The notes below the pieces were generated by a model. That model ran no database searches and was not told the DNA's origin. It worked only from the letters and a program-made list of their open reading frames with translations. A DNA stretch of 45,619 nucleotides, counting the filler, from Catajapyx aquilonaris (Eukaryota): assembly GCA_000934665.2 (NCBI GenBank). It is 2 parts of 2 records of this genome, joined end to end, with 100 filler letters (N's around TTAATTAATTAA, not from the genome) between each part and the next. Parts side by side here need not be neighbours in the genome. Positions count along the whole stretch, not along the records: positions 1 to 22,789 come from JYFJ02005821.1; 1 more part is not named here. The stretch is one strand, 5' to 3'. The number at the start of each line of letters is the position of its first letter. Position 1 is the stretch's first letter. The position numbers and the translations under genes were made by a program. This document shows, in pieces, positions 9,740 through 20,850 of the stretch.

Positions 9740-11122
9740 TCTTTCACTTATTTAAGTGGAAGGATAAGTGGAAATATTTGTCATTTATGCATAGAATATA
9801 GGCGGAAGATTTTTTGCCAAGATTATAAGGATTTGCATCATGCACAATAAACAATAATTGCATGGTGAAAACAACATCAGCAGACATAATAATTTTCCAC
9901 TTAAAATATACGATTTCCTTACACTTTCACATATTTTCCACATATTGTTAAGTGAAAACGATCACGATTATCTTATTTGAAGGAGTAATCCACAATTTAA
10001 TGAGGTTATGAATGCACAGTACCTCTTGTTTCCACTTAGATGAAAGGTAGGAACTAGTCAATTCTTTCCACTTATTTCATGGGAAATTAACTGACATTGT
10101 GAAGAACGGTTTTAAGTGGAAAATTCCACATAAGTGGAGGTTAGAGGGTACGTAGGAATACACGCGATTACTTCCACTTATTTAAGTGAAAATAACAGCT
10201 GTTTAAATTGAAAATATGTCTGAATTTTACTTACATAAGTGGAAGATAATTTTTCTGTTTATTTCTGTGGAATTTGCCTGAAAGTGTTCACTCGTTCAGT
10301 TCCCTTTTCCACTTATATTAAGTGGGAACTGGTAACATCCGTTTTTTCTACTTTAACCGCCCTAATTTCCTCTTAAAATGGAAAAATTTCATTTTACACA
10401 TGAGTGGACGAGATACGTGTTTTCACTTACAGCTGTTGTCATTTCCACTTAAAATAAGCGAAAAATCTGCATTTCATTCTTAAGTGGAAATTTATGAAGT
10501 TTTAAATGGAAAGAGTTTGTTATCTATTCCACTTATTGCAAATGGAAAATATTATCCCTCCCACTTAAAAAGTCAAAAAAATGAACTTAAGAATATTAAG
10601 AATTACGCAACACTTTTAAGTGGAAAATGAGAAAATGACGGCGGTTTTAAGTGGGAAATTAGTATTCTTTAAATAAATGGAAATGCGAATTTCTTTATAT
10701 TTAACTTATAAGTAGAAGTTGCCTGAATGTGTATGAAATTATTTCCCAATTTTAAGTGGAAAGGATAAGTGGAAAAGTCGTCTTCCTTCCACTTACAAAA
10801 GTGGACAAAAATGCGAATTTCGGTTCATTTATGTGAGTGGAATTTTGCTGTGGAGTTGTTTCCCAACTTTAAGTGGAAAAGAAGAAGGAATGGCAGTTCT
10901 TAGTGGAAAATCCTTCCACTTATGTAAATGGAAATTGATAGTTTTTAGTGGAAAATCCTTTCCCATATGTAAGTGGAAATTGACAGTTTTTAGTGTAAAA
11001 TCCATCCACTCATGTAAGTGGAAATTGATAGTTTTAGGGGAAAATCCCTTCCCTTATGTAAGTGGAAATTGATAGTTTTAGTGGAAAATCCTTCCACTTA
11101 TGTAAGTGGAAATTGACAGTTT
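9740..11122. repeat. Field of TTCCACTTA/TAAGTGGAA motifs ending in five tandem 44-45-bp palindromic units (10895-11122)
   Basis: Dozens of motif copies in both orientations. Unit AGTTTTTAGTGGAAAATCCTTCCACTTATGTAAGTGGAAATTGAT starts at 10895, 10940, 10985, 11030 and 11074. Confidence 0.85.
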
Positions 11123-11178
11123 GGCTTCAACCCCTCCGGCAGCTCATGTGTTGTGGCAGCATTGTGTTACAGGTATAA

Positions 11179-13181
11179 TTAGACGCGCGTCTTCTTGGTT
11201 CCTGACTTCCCGTGGTGCGACTTTTTCCCTGTGGGCGGCTTGCCCGTGGGCGGTTTGCCCTTGGGCGGCGATGGGAGGGTGAGTACCCTGGGTGGCGGGA
11301 AGAGGTTGAGGCTGGAGCAGAACCACCAGCTGGTTGTGCCGCCTTCCTTAGGCTGCGCTGTGCTCACGTACGTGAAACGCGGCTCCTTCCGACGCAACAG
11401 GACCGCCTCGGAGAACCTTCGCGCAACCCATCTGTAAATTAATTATATTTTTTTAAAAATTTAATTACACTCGCGGCATATTCCCATGGGGTTACCAGCG
11501 ATGACCAGGTATTAAATTAATTACAATTATAATTATTGTAAATTATAGCACGATAAAAGGGGAGTCAGCATTGCCCACCGACATAGAGCATTTTGGAGAG
11601 TCAGAGACATACCTGGGCAGGAGGTAGACGGCCTCTGAGTGGCGTCGCCTGGTGGAGTCCAGCCTGAGTTCCAGAGATGACGAGAAGGCAGCTGGAAGGT
11701 AGGATCTTGTCCAGAGGATGCGGTTCTGGAAGCGTCTCTTGGTCTCCAGGACGCAGCGGGTCTCGTAGGTCAGGAGGACGTGCGGAGGCTCCCGGCTGAC
11801 CAACACCTCCTCCGAGTACGACCGACGCCAACCAGACGACATCGACGGCCTCGAATCCAGCCTATATTGTCCACAAACATGTTAAGAAATCCTGGACATC
11901 TTTTTGACGCCTATATACTTACGCTGGCCAATCAATGACGGCGCGAAGGTCATCGCTGGAGAGTGACCTGGCCCTGGTGGCAGGCGGCATGCTCTTTGAC
12001 CTCAGGCTAACTGACCTGGCGCCGACTTTTCCCGCTGGGGCCCCAGGGGCCGCCCCGGGGCCGCTCCTTACGCCCAGACACCCGCACCTGCATCTGCTCT
12101 GCGCACCTGCTGGAAAAAAATCATCGTTGCATTGTACGTAGAGAAATGTCATTATGCAAAATTAAAAATTTAACTATCATGCCCTGTTTATTAGACATAC
12201 TGACCGTATAAATGCAAACTAAGTACATAGACATAAACAGTGTGACGGAAAAATGAGACAGTCTTCAATCAGGGAGCATATACTACATAAGAGGCGCAAA
12301 CTTCTGTCGGCGCCTTTGATGTTCGCGTCTCTCTGTTTGGGGCCGTTGCCAAGGCTGGCGGCCATTTTGAAGTGTGGGGAACGCCAACGGGGTATAAATA
12401 GGGTACCGGCAAAAATATGGTCCGCCATCTTTGATGATTGTGGCGGCCATGGCAACTACACGGCAAGAACACGCGCGAATCAAAGATGGCGGACCCTATT
12501 TTTGCCTGTACCCTATTTATACCTCGTTGGCGTTCCACACACTTCAAGATGGCCGCCAGCCTTGGCAACGGTCCCAAACAGAGAGACGCAAAAATGGAAT
12601 GTTTGCGCCTCTTATGTAGTATATGCTCCCTACTTCAATGAACAAAATGTCGAGATGACATTAAATTCGTGTTTAATATAGCTTGTACGATAGTGTTACA
12701 TAACATATTTGATATTACCGTAGTTAGAATTATTTCAAGTACCTTCGATTTAAAATTATTTTCTTTCAAATTATTGAAGAATACTAAATATTTGTTGCAC
12801 TTGAAAGTATGCCAGTTAGGTTGATTACTAGTCGAGTCTCGTGACAAACAGGCGTCGATCGATCCAGCCCCAACAGAAGTATAGACGTCGCGACGCCCTC
12901 CACTCCGTCCACCCCATTTATTCGCGCCAAAAGTTTCTTGGGATGGACTTACCTCGTGTTTGGCTGTGGTGGTCAGCACTTCGGCAGGATTGGGTGGACC
13001 TGGAGGGCCCCGACGCCCCCGACGCCTTGGACGCCCCGGAGGCCCAACTCACCCTGGGATGCTGCTGGACGGGGGAGGAAGGGGGAGGAGGCGGGGGAGG
13101 GAGGGAGGAGGCCCTGCCACGACGCCTGTCCAGACGCTCGCAGGCGCCGGCGCCTCTCCCGCCCTGCTTCTCCCGGTTCAT
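11179..13181 (-). CDS. Orphan 4-exon gene E, about 305-aa basic Arg/Ser/Pro-rich protein of unknown function
   Basis: Exons 13181-12953, 12109-11923, 11861-11613 and 11431-11179 have GTAAGT/GTAAGT/GTATGT donors and AG acceptors. Phases 1,2,2 give a 918-nt stop-free frame; exons are GC-rich and introns AT-rich. Confidence 0.7.
12270..12632. mobile_element. Palindromic MITE family 1, copy 3, intact (in intron 1 of gene E)
   Basis: TIR CAGGGAGCATATACTACATAAGAGGCGCAAAC ... GTTTGCGCCTCTTATGTAGTATATGCTCCCTA; perfect 7-bp TSD CTTCAAT (12263-12269, 12633-12639). Confidence 0.92.
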
Positions 13182-13512
13182 CCAAATTGCAACTGCATCA
13201 TCATCTCCACATCACACAGCATCATTGGGTCCAAGGGCGGCGTCGCTTCCCGGATGAGAGTCGCCCACCATTGTTGGCCGTCCCTCACTTTCACTCGGCC
13301 GGTCATGCATCGCGACGCTCTTCATGTCAAAAGAGTACGCAAATAGAAGCGAAAGTGTCGCGCTCTAATAGACACGGATTATGCTCTGTGCTCACAAATA
13401 GCGCTCACCTCACCTGCCCTTTAATTGGTGCATCGTTAGCTTCCCATTGTCACGTTAAACCAATTTTTTTTTAAAAAAAATCATATATAGCAAAAACATA
13501 TAAACCACATTA

Positions 13513-13806
13513 CCGAAGCAGTTAGGCGGAGTGGCTATAGGGTTCGACTGCTAATCGGAAGGTCCTGGGTTCGAGCCCCGGGGCCGGCAACTCTAACCGT
13601 GGTTTTCTGTGGTTTCCCACGGTCCCTCCAGGAGAATTCCGGGGTTGCTTCCTAATTAAAAAGGCCACAGCCGCCTCCTTCCTTCCCTATCATATCCCAA
13701 ATCGAAAAAAGTAAACAAGTAAGCAAGAGTTCCAGACAAGACAAAAATCCCCCCTAAAGAGCCGAAAAAGGCTGACAACGGGGTAAGATATTAAGATATT
13801 ATTATA
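13513..13806 (+). mobile_element. tRNA(Ser-GCT-like)-derived SINE, family S1
   Basis: A/B boxes (AGGCGGAGTGG, GGTTCGAGCCC), GACTGCTAATC anticodon-like loop, AAGGCCACAGCCGCCTCCTTCC core; 15-bp TSD ATATAAACCACATTA (13498-13512, 13807-13821). Confidence 0.9.
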
Positions 13807-14453
13807 ATATAAACCACATTAAGTTTTAAAAAGGTCGGGCTTCTATGAACCTATAGTTTCATAATTTCTCTTGTCATACACAAATGATCAGCATAAATTG
13901 TCCTGTGGCTCAATGATTAGGTGGATATGTGCGTGTCGATCCCGAAATAATTTTAATGCAGCCGCGTCAACAATTTATTAAATTGTTATCAGGTAACTTA
14001 CCATTACATTAAAGGAGAAAGTGAAAAAAAATAAATTATCATATCGGAAGGACGTATTTCCAATTCTGGTATACTCCGGACCATAGTGCGAATTTTTTCC
14101 TCTTTAAAAAATATTGCAATTGGTAACTTTTATTTTATACAACTGCACAAATGGTTACTCTAATAAGGTTACTTTTAAAATATATGCAAAATAAAAATGT
14201 GGGCCCAATTTTTATTTTTTATTATCGAAAATTACATGAAAACATACTGTATCAAATTACAGCTGCAACTAATATTTTTCTCATATGAAATGGGGATTTT
14301 GCCATGACTGAACCTGTACATAATAAACAGCAGATGGCACATAATATAATTAGACATTTGTCACCTTGCAAACCTGACAGCTCGCAGGTTGCGCTTGTAA
14401 ATTCATCCTTGAATGCCTGACAGAATCTGACTTCTCACTCTCGTGACACAACC

Positions 14454-16108
14454 TCATATGCCATTCTCAATTGATTTGACCACTTCTTGTTGCATATTTG
14501 CTTCTCCCTGCTCTACATGCCTTTTCTTGTGCCTCCAAAGAGCCATTGAGTCACTAAACTTCATCTCGCAAATCTGACAACCATATGGCTTTTCTCCCGT
14601 GTGAGTTCTGGTGTGGCGTTTCATCTCTACAGAGCGCTTAAACTTTTTATTGCAAAATTGACAACTGAAGGGCTTCTCCCCAGTGTGTACCCTTTTATGC
14701 ATTACCAAATGAGATCCATGATTAAACTTCATTTTGCAAATCTCGCAACTAAATGGTTTTTCTCCCGTGTGAATTCTGGTATGCAGTTGCAAATGTCTCG
14801 CGTTGCTGAACTTTTTATCGCATAATCGACAACTAAATGGCTTTTCTCCCGTGTGAGTTCTGGTGTGCCTTAATAAATCGCTCTTGTCCTTGAACCCTTT
14901 ATTGCAGAATTGGCAATTAAATGGCTTCTCCCCCGTGTGTGTCCTTTTATGAGATGCCAAAGTAGACTTCAGATTAAACTTTTTGTTGCAAATTTCGCAA
15001 CTAAATGGCCTCTCCCCTGTATGAATGCGCTCATGCCTTGCCAAACGATATGGATAACGAAATTCCTTAGAGCAAATCTGACAAGCATGAGTTCTTTTGT
15101 TACATAATTGAGAACTTAATGCCTTTTCCCCAGTGTGTGTCAGATAATGCCTTTCCAAATGAGGTGCCTGCATAAACTTCATCTCGCAAATTTCGCAACT
15201 AAATGGCCTCTCCCCTGTATGAATGCACTCATGCCTTGCCAAACGATATGGATAACGAAATTCTTTCGAGCAAATCTGACAAGCATGAGTTCTCCTGGTG
15301 TTCTTCTCCAGTCTTCTTTTCTTCTGAGTTTCTTCATCAGCCTTTCTTCGTTTTCCCTGAAGAAGACACAAACGCTGTGTAAGTGAGTGCACAGTAAGCC
15401 CACCTTCTATTACCCACCTTCTTCTTTGCCTTAGGTGCGCCTGTCCTATCGCAATTAACATTCTCTGCAGGAGGGTACGGCTCATCAGCGTCCAATTCGG
15501 GTTTAATTTTGGGTGGCACAAACAATACAAGTCCAGATAAGTCTTCAGTGCATGGTGACACCCTGTCTGAACCTGGAGTAGGCTGAAAATGAAAGTGGAT
15601 TAAGTCACTACGACTGTACATTAGATGATGCTGGGATTATTCAGTATAGTTTCTGCCATCCCCGTCGAGTCTAGCTTAGCTCTTGAGTGACTCGACATGC
15701 CTACGCACCTTGATGGTCCTTTGATCCGCGATGGCCAAGGGATCATCCGCGTTGTCAGGGGCATCCCACATGGCAACCGATGCTTCTTCTTCCTCTTCCT
15801 TCATGCTGCGGATGTCCTGCTCTTCACCGACCGAATAATGCGGATGAAAGTGCGGCTTGATGTCCTCCATCGCAAGCTTCCACGTCTCCTCACTGGTGAT
15901 GTCCTCATCATCACACCCTTCTTCTTTCACCTCCATCATAATCGTGCTCCTGTAAAATATTTGTAAAACTTAGCATATGTAACACATGCTGTGTATTCTT
16001 GTCATATCCGCAAGCTCAATTCCATCAATGTGCTATGTACCGAGCCAATAGTGAGTGCGGCAATCACCTCAGACGTAATACTCACTCCTCAACATCCCCT
16101 GTGTCCAT
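14454..16108 (-). CDS. C2H2 zinc-finger protein ZF1, about 443 aa, 9 intact fingers, acidic N-terminus
   Basis: Exons 16108-16086, 15949-15709, 15582-15418 and 15356-14454; tandem CxxC-x12-HxxxH with TGEKP/TGERP linkers; exon structure shared with ZF2. Confidence 0.9.
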
Positions 16109-16590
16109 TCCAGGCTCAGATTTAAGCAGAATTGGGGACACCAAGGCAGGAAAAGCATCGGATGGAAAAAGACGACGCCATCTTGGAAATTGTTGGGGGT
16201 GCGTTCATACTCCTGGCAAGTCGCATCGCTGTTATCACAGAATCGCTGCTACTGCTCGCCAATAGCGGTGATCGCAGTACGTTATTCGCTACTGATGAAC
16301 TTAATCCACTTTAACCATCGATAATTATGTTTAAATTCATCCTCACCCGACAGGATTGTTGAGATTTTATTTCACACAGCTTCACAGGTGATTACTACAA
16401 GAAGGTTACTCCAAAAAAAAAAAAAAAAGCAGAGCCGCAGAAAAAATGCGGGCCCAATCTTTCATTATTTTATAATTTATATTATTCACAATCGCATTGA
16501 AACACATACTGTTTCACAGTACACACTGTAATTGATTTCATACTGTACTAAGTCTTTACTAGCATGGAGATCATGTCTCCCAAGAACATG

Positions 16591-16745
16591 AGGGGAGGCG
16601 GAGTGGTGCTGCAGTAACGTATGCACCCTGGGGACACCCCCTTTATCTCGTGCAGAGTTCAGGGTCACCTCTGGCTTCGTCTTGGGTGGTATTTCCTAGA
16701 GACTAAACCACCCGGGGGAGTTCACTAAAAATTGCCACAGTGATG
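16591..16745 (+). mobile_element. SINE family S2, internally deleted fragment between the ZF paralogues
   Basis: GGGGAGGCGGAGTGGTGCTGCAGTAACGTATGCACC head and ATCTCGTGCAGAG...AGACTAAACCACCCGGGGGAG core match 24466-24790 and 32282-32658. Confidence 0.8.
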
Positions 16746-16760
16746 GCGGTCACTATTGGA

Positions 16761-18599
16761 CTAATCAACTTTCAGTTGCGAACCTGATTGTTCATTGGTC
16801 TCTTTCATATATGCATCCTTGAATGCTTGGCAGAATTGAATGACTTTATCCTCTGAATCTAATAATGGGGACTCCTCACTCTCGTGACATCTCATATGCC
16901 ATTCCAATTGATTTGACTGCTTGAAACTTTTGTTGCAGATTTGGCAAGTAAACGGCTTCTCCCCCCGAATATGCACCTTCTGGTGCCTCTTCAAGCCATT
17001 TGAGTCGCGAAACTCTTTCTTGCAAATCTGACAACCAAATGGCTGTTCTCTGGTGTGAGTTCTGGTATGGCGTGTCAAATCTGTGGGGTCCTTGAACTTT
17101 TTATTGCATAATGGACAACCGAATGGCCGTTCCCCAGAGTGTGTCCTTTTATGAGCTGCCAAAGTAGACGCCTGATTAAACTTTTTGTTGCAAATTTCAC
17201 AGCTGAACGGCTTCTCCCCAGTGTGTATCAGATTATGCACTGCCAATTGAGACCTCTGCTTAAACCCTTTGTTGCAAATTTTGCAACTAAATGGCTTCTC
17301 CCCAGTGTGTACCAGATTATGTGAGGCCAAAGAAGACGCCAGCCTGAAGTTTTTGTTGCAAATTTCACATTTAAATGGCTTTTCTCCGGTATGACTTCTG
17401 GTATGCCTCGTCAAATGTGTTCGGTGCTTGAACTTTTTATTGCAAAATTGACAACTGTATGGCTTTTCTCCTGTATGTATCAGATTATGTGCTGCCAAAT
17501 GAGCCGCCTGCTTAAACTTTGTGTTGCAAATTTCACAATTGAATGGCCGTTCCCCATCAGTGTGTGTCAGATTATGCATTGCCAACTGAGACTTCTGTTT
17601 AAACTTTTTGTTGCAAATTTCGCAACTGTATGGCCGTTCCCCAGTGTGTGTCACGTTATGCGCTGCCAAATGCGATGGTAGCTTAAACCTTTTGTTGCAA
17701 ATTTGGCAACTAAATGGCTTCTCCCCTGTATGAATGCGAGCATGCCCTGCCAAACCATATGCATCACGAAATTCCTTCGAGCAGATCTGACAAATGTGAG
17801 TTCTCTTGGCGTGATCACTTTTCTTCCCTGTTTCTTCATCAGCCTTTCTTTGTACTCCCTGAAATATATACAAATGCTGCATAAGTGAGTGCACAGTAAG
17901 CCCACCTTCTATTACCCACCTTCTTCTGTGCCTTAGGTGCGCCTGTCCTATCGCAATTAACATTCTCTGCAGGCGCGTACGGCTCATCAGTGTCCAATTC
18001 GGGTTTAATTTTGGGTGGCACAAACAATATAAGTCCAGACGAATCTTCAGTGCATGGTGACACCCCATCCAAACCCGGAGAAGGCTGAAAATGACTGTAC
18101 ATTAGATGACGTTGGGATTATTCGGTATAGTTTCTGCCATCCCCGTCGAGTCTAGCTTAGCTCTTGAGTGACTTGACATGCCTACGCACCTTGATGGTCT
18201 TTTGATCCGCGATGGCCAAGGGATCATCCGCGTTGTCAGGGGCATCCCACATGGCAACCGATGCTTCTTCTTCCTCTTCCTTCATGCTGTGGATGTCCTG
18301 CTCTTCCCCGACCAAATGCGGATGAAAGTGCGGCTTGATGTCCTCCATTGCAAGCTTCCATGTCTCCTCACTGGTGATGTCCTCATCATCACACCCTTCT
18401 TCTTTCACCTCCGTCATAACTGACTTGCTCCTAGAACAATTATTTTGTAATAATTGTAACACATGAGTAGGTGTCATTTTGTCATATCCGCATGATTCAA
18501 GCTCAATAATTTCCATAAATGTGCCATGTACCGAGCCAATAGTGAGTGCGACAATCACCCCAGATGTAATACTCACTCCTCAACATCCCCTGCGTCCAT
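16761..18599 (-). CDS. C2H2 zinc-finger protein ZF2, about 508 aa, 11 fingers; tandem paralogue of ZF1
   Basis: Exons 18599-18577, 18430-18190, 18084-17920 and 17858-16761; N-terminal exons and introns nearly identical to ZF1. Confidence 0.9.
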
Positions 18600-18924
18600 T
18601 CCAGGCTCAGATTTAAGCAAAATTGGGGAAACCAAGGCAGGAAAAGAATCGGATGGAAAAAGATGACGCCATCTTGGAAAATTTCGGGGTGCGTTCAGAC
18701 TCCTGGCAAGTCGCATCGCTGTTATCACAGACTCACTGCTACTTCTCGCCAATAGCGGTTATATTAGTGTACAACGAAGCTATTTTGATTATTATAGGCA
18801 ATAAAATGTAGCATATTTTAAAATTAATAATATGGCATAATGGAGTAGTGTGTTAACATATGGAATATGGAAAAAAATAATACATATGTAGTGCCGGTTG
18901 CGTTTATAGCCTCGTAACAATAAA

Positions 18925-19225
18925 ACAGCAGGCGTCAATCGATCGTCGCTCCAGCCCATCATAGGCGTCGCGACGCCCTCCACTTCACCCATCCGGCGTC
19001 CCTTTTTCACCTATGAGAAATGCGGGATGAACTTACATCGTGCTGTATATTGTGGTGGTCAGCAGTTTATTGGCAGTCTTTGGACGCCTTGGACGCCTTG
19101 GACGCTCTAGACGCCCAACTCACCCTGCTGGGCTGCTGGATTCGGAATGATGAGTCTCTAGCTGCGACGACGCCTGTCCAGAAACTCCTCGACGCCGGCG
19201 CTTTACCCGGTTCATCCAAAACCCT
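18925..19225 (-). pseudogene. Decayed copy of exon 1 and start of intron 1 of orphan gene E
   Basis: Shares TTGGATGAACCGGG, CTGGACAGGCGTCGT, AGGGTGAGTTGGGC, GCGTCCAAGGCGTC, CTGACCACCACA, a GTAAGT donor and GTCGCGACGCCCTCCACT with 12845-13185, but has frameshifts and stops. Confidence 0.75.
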
Positions 19226-19632
19226 AAAATGAATGATGCCTTACAGTATATATATGCGAAAATGTCACCATTGCTTCCAACGCTGTAATTGTTGACATTT
19301 TGTAGCATATTTTCAGAGCTGGTTTGTGACATGTGAAGTCGTAAAACAGTACAGTGCAGACATATATATGTGGGCCTGAATACAAGCAAACAAAAGGGAT
19401 GCATATGCTGCGCACCTGATCGTAAATATTGCGTTGAATTTACGTTGTGATTTTCTGCCAACTCGGCCCAATCACAGCGCACTATACGAGCAATCACGTG
19501 GTCTTAAAAGTCCTGATAAAAAGGTCCAGACTTGAGGGGAGCACATCAGAATCTGAGAAATCACACACCACCAGACCACTCTTCTGTCCAGCTAACTCAT
19601 CGCAACACTACTTGTCACTTATTATTGTCGGC

Positions 19633-20046
19633 ATGGCTTATTACTTCCCAACAATGTGGACCATCCTGGTTATCGTCGTCGTCCTCGCAACAATGCTGGT
19701 GGCTACCACACAAGCTGCTCCACAAATGCCAGGTACCGTATTTAATTAGATTTAAACACTTGAAAAACATATTAATTTGGGCTAAACTGTGACCAGATAT
19801 TGTCCAGTTCTCGAATTATCTAGAATAATAAGGCACATTTATACACTTTGTTCTCTTGTATTTTTGTCATATTTCTGATATCTACAGTAGTAGGCCCCAT
19901 AGTATTCATATTTCCATATTTCTGATCTATTATTCACATGTCTATATCGATCTATTTCAGCCTTGCCAGCAGCACCAGCAGGCCTGCCAGCAGGAATGCC
20001 TGGCTCATCAGACGGAGGAGCCCAACAAGATGATGATCAGCAGTAA
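19633..20046 (+). CDS. Small secreted peptide precursor, 61 aa, 2 exons
   Basis: Exons 19633-19732 and 19961-20046 (phase 1) give MAYYFPTMWTILVIVVVLATMLVATTQA-APQMPALPAAPAGLPAGMPGSSDGGAQQDDDQQ. GATAAAAA near 19515; AATAAA at 20200-20205. Confidence 0.7.
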
Positions 20047-20684
20047 TATCACAGAGAAGAAGATGCTGATAACTATAAAGGGAAGTATTGCTCCAGCCAA
20101 ACCTAATCAGCTGTGAAATTTATCTGTCTGCACTTCACCTAATTTATGTAGGCCTATTGAATATGGGGAAAAGATGCATCGTATCGGTAATATCTAAAAA
20201 ATAAATTGAATTGAAGCACATGCTGGTTTTTTACTGTTGCTTTTTCCAATGTTTTTTTTGTTGGTTGCATGGAGTCAGAACTGGTTTGGCCAAACACATT
20301 TCGCTGGGTAGCACTACTGATAGACGCATTGATTGTCGACTATCTCCATTAACACTATACAATATATTGTTGCTTCCTCCGAGCCCCGTTCCTGAAACTC
20401 ATGAAGTAAAACGACATGTTGCAAGATAGTCTGAAAAATATTGTCGTGGAAAGTTGTGCTAATTTTTTTGATGAAAGTTTTATTGCTCTTTGAATGTTGA
20501 AATAGTAGGCCATTTTCCAATTTTCCCAATTTTCATTCCATAAATGACCATTGAAATAGTGTATAGAGCTCGTAGAGCTGCTTGATAGCAGCTTTTAGGA
20601 TGCCGGCAGATTTGGAATTGGCATCGGCACATAATGGCAAAGTGTGCAGCCTTAGGAATAGCCTAGAGAGTAATAAGTAGAGCC

Positions 20685-20850
20685 TACCGTAAAACGGGGT
20701 GAGATTGTGCCACGTGAGGTGAGATTGTCGTCATTGTGCCAGCGCATTTTTTTGGACAACGCCCTAACCCGATTTTTTCTCATCATTGCCAACCTTGACC
20801 ATCCCTCAATATGTAGTGAAACATATTCCTAAATTCGCCTTCTGCTTTAG
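20685..20850 (+). mobile_element. pogo/Tc1-mariner-like transposon end
   Basis: TACCGTAAAACGGGGTGAGATTGTGCCA start; second copy at 7775-7910. Confidence 0.5.

Noticed and set aside
10895..11122. CRISPR-like array of palindromic repeats
   Set aside because: Units are contiguous with no unique spacers, no cas genes are present and the context is eukaryotic; it is a minisatellite.
12219..12681. Many overlapping ORFs (also 3003-3685 and 5739-6179)
   Set aside because: They come from the GC-rich palindromic MITE and show no transposase motifs.
12841..13474. Plus-strand ORFs of 128-178 aa
   Set aside because: Antisense shadows of the GC-rich first exon of gene E, with no splice or domain support.
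13513..13590. tRNA genes (also near 7670-7747, 32282-32355, 36785-36850, 37240-37310, 44180-44255)
   Set aside because: A/B-box-like motifs are present but I could not fold a full cloverleaf; most continue into SINE bodies with tails or TSDs.
14454..15530. ORF-track N-termini of the ZF proteins (MYCLCHPK..., MGCHHALK...)
   Set aside because: They read through an intron and an off-frame exon; the spliced model shared by both paralogues fits better.
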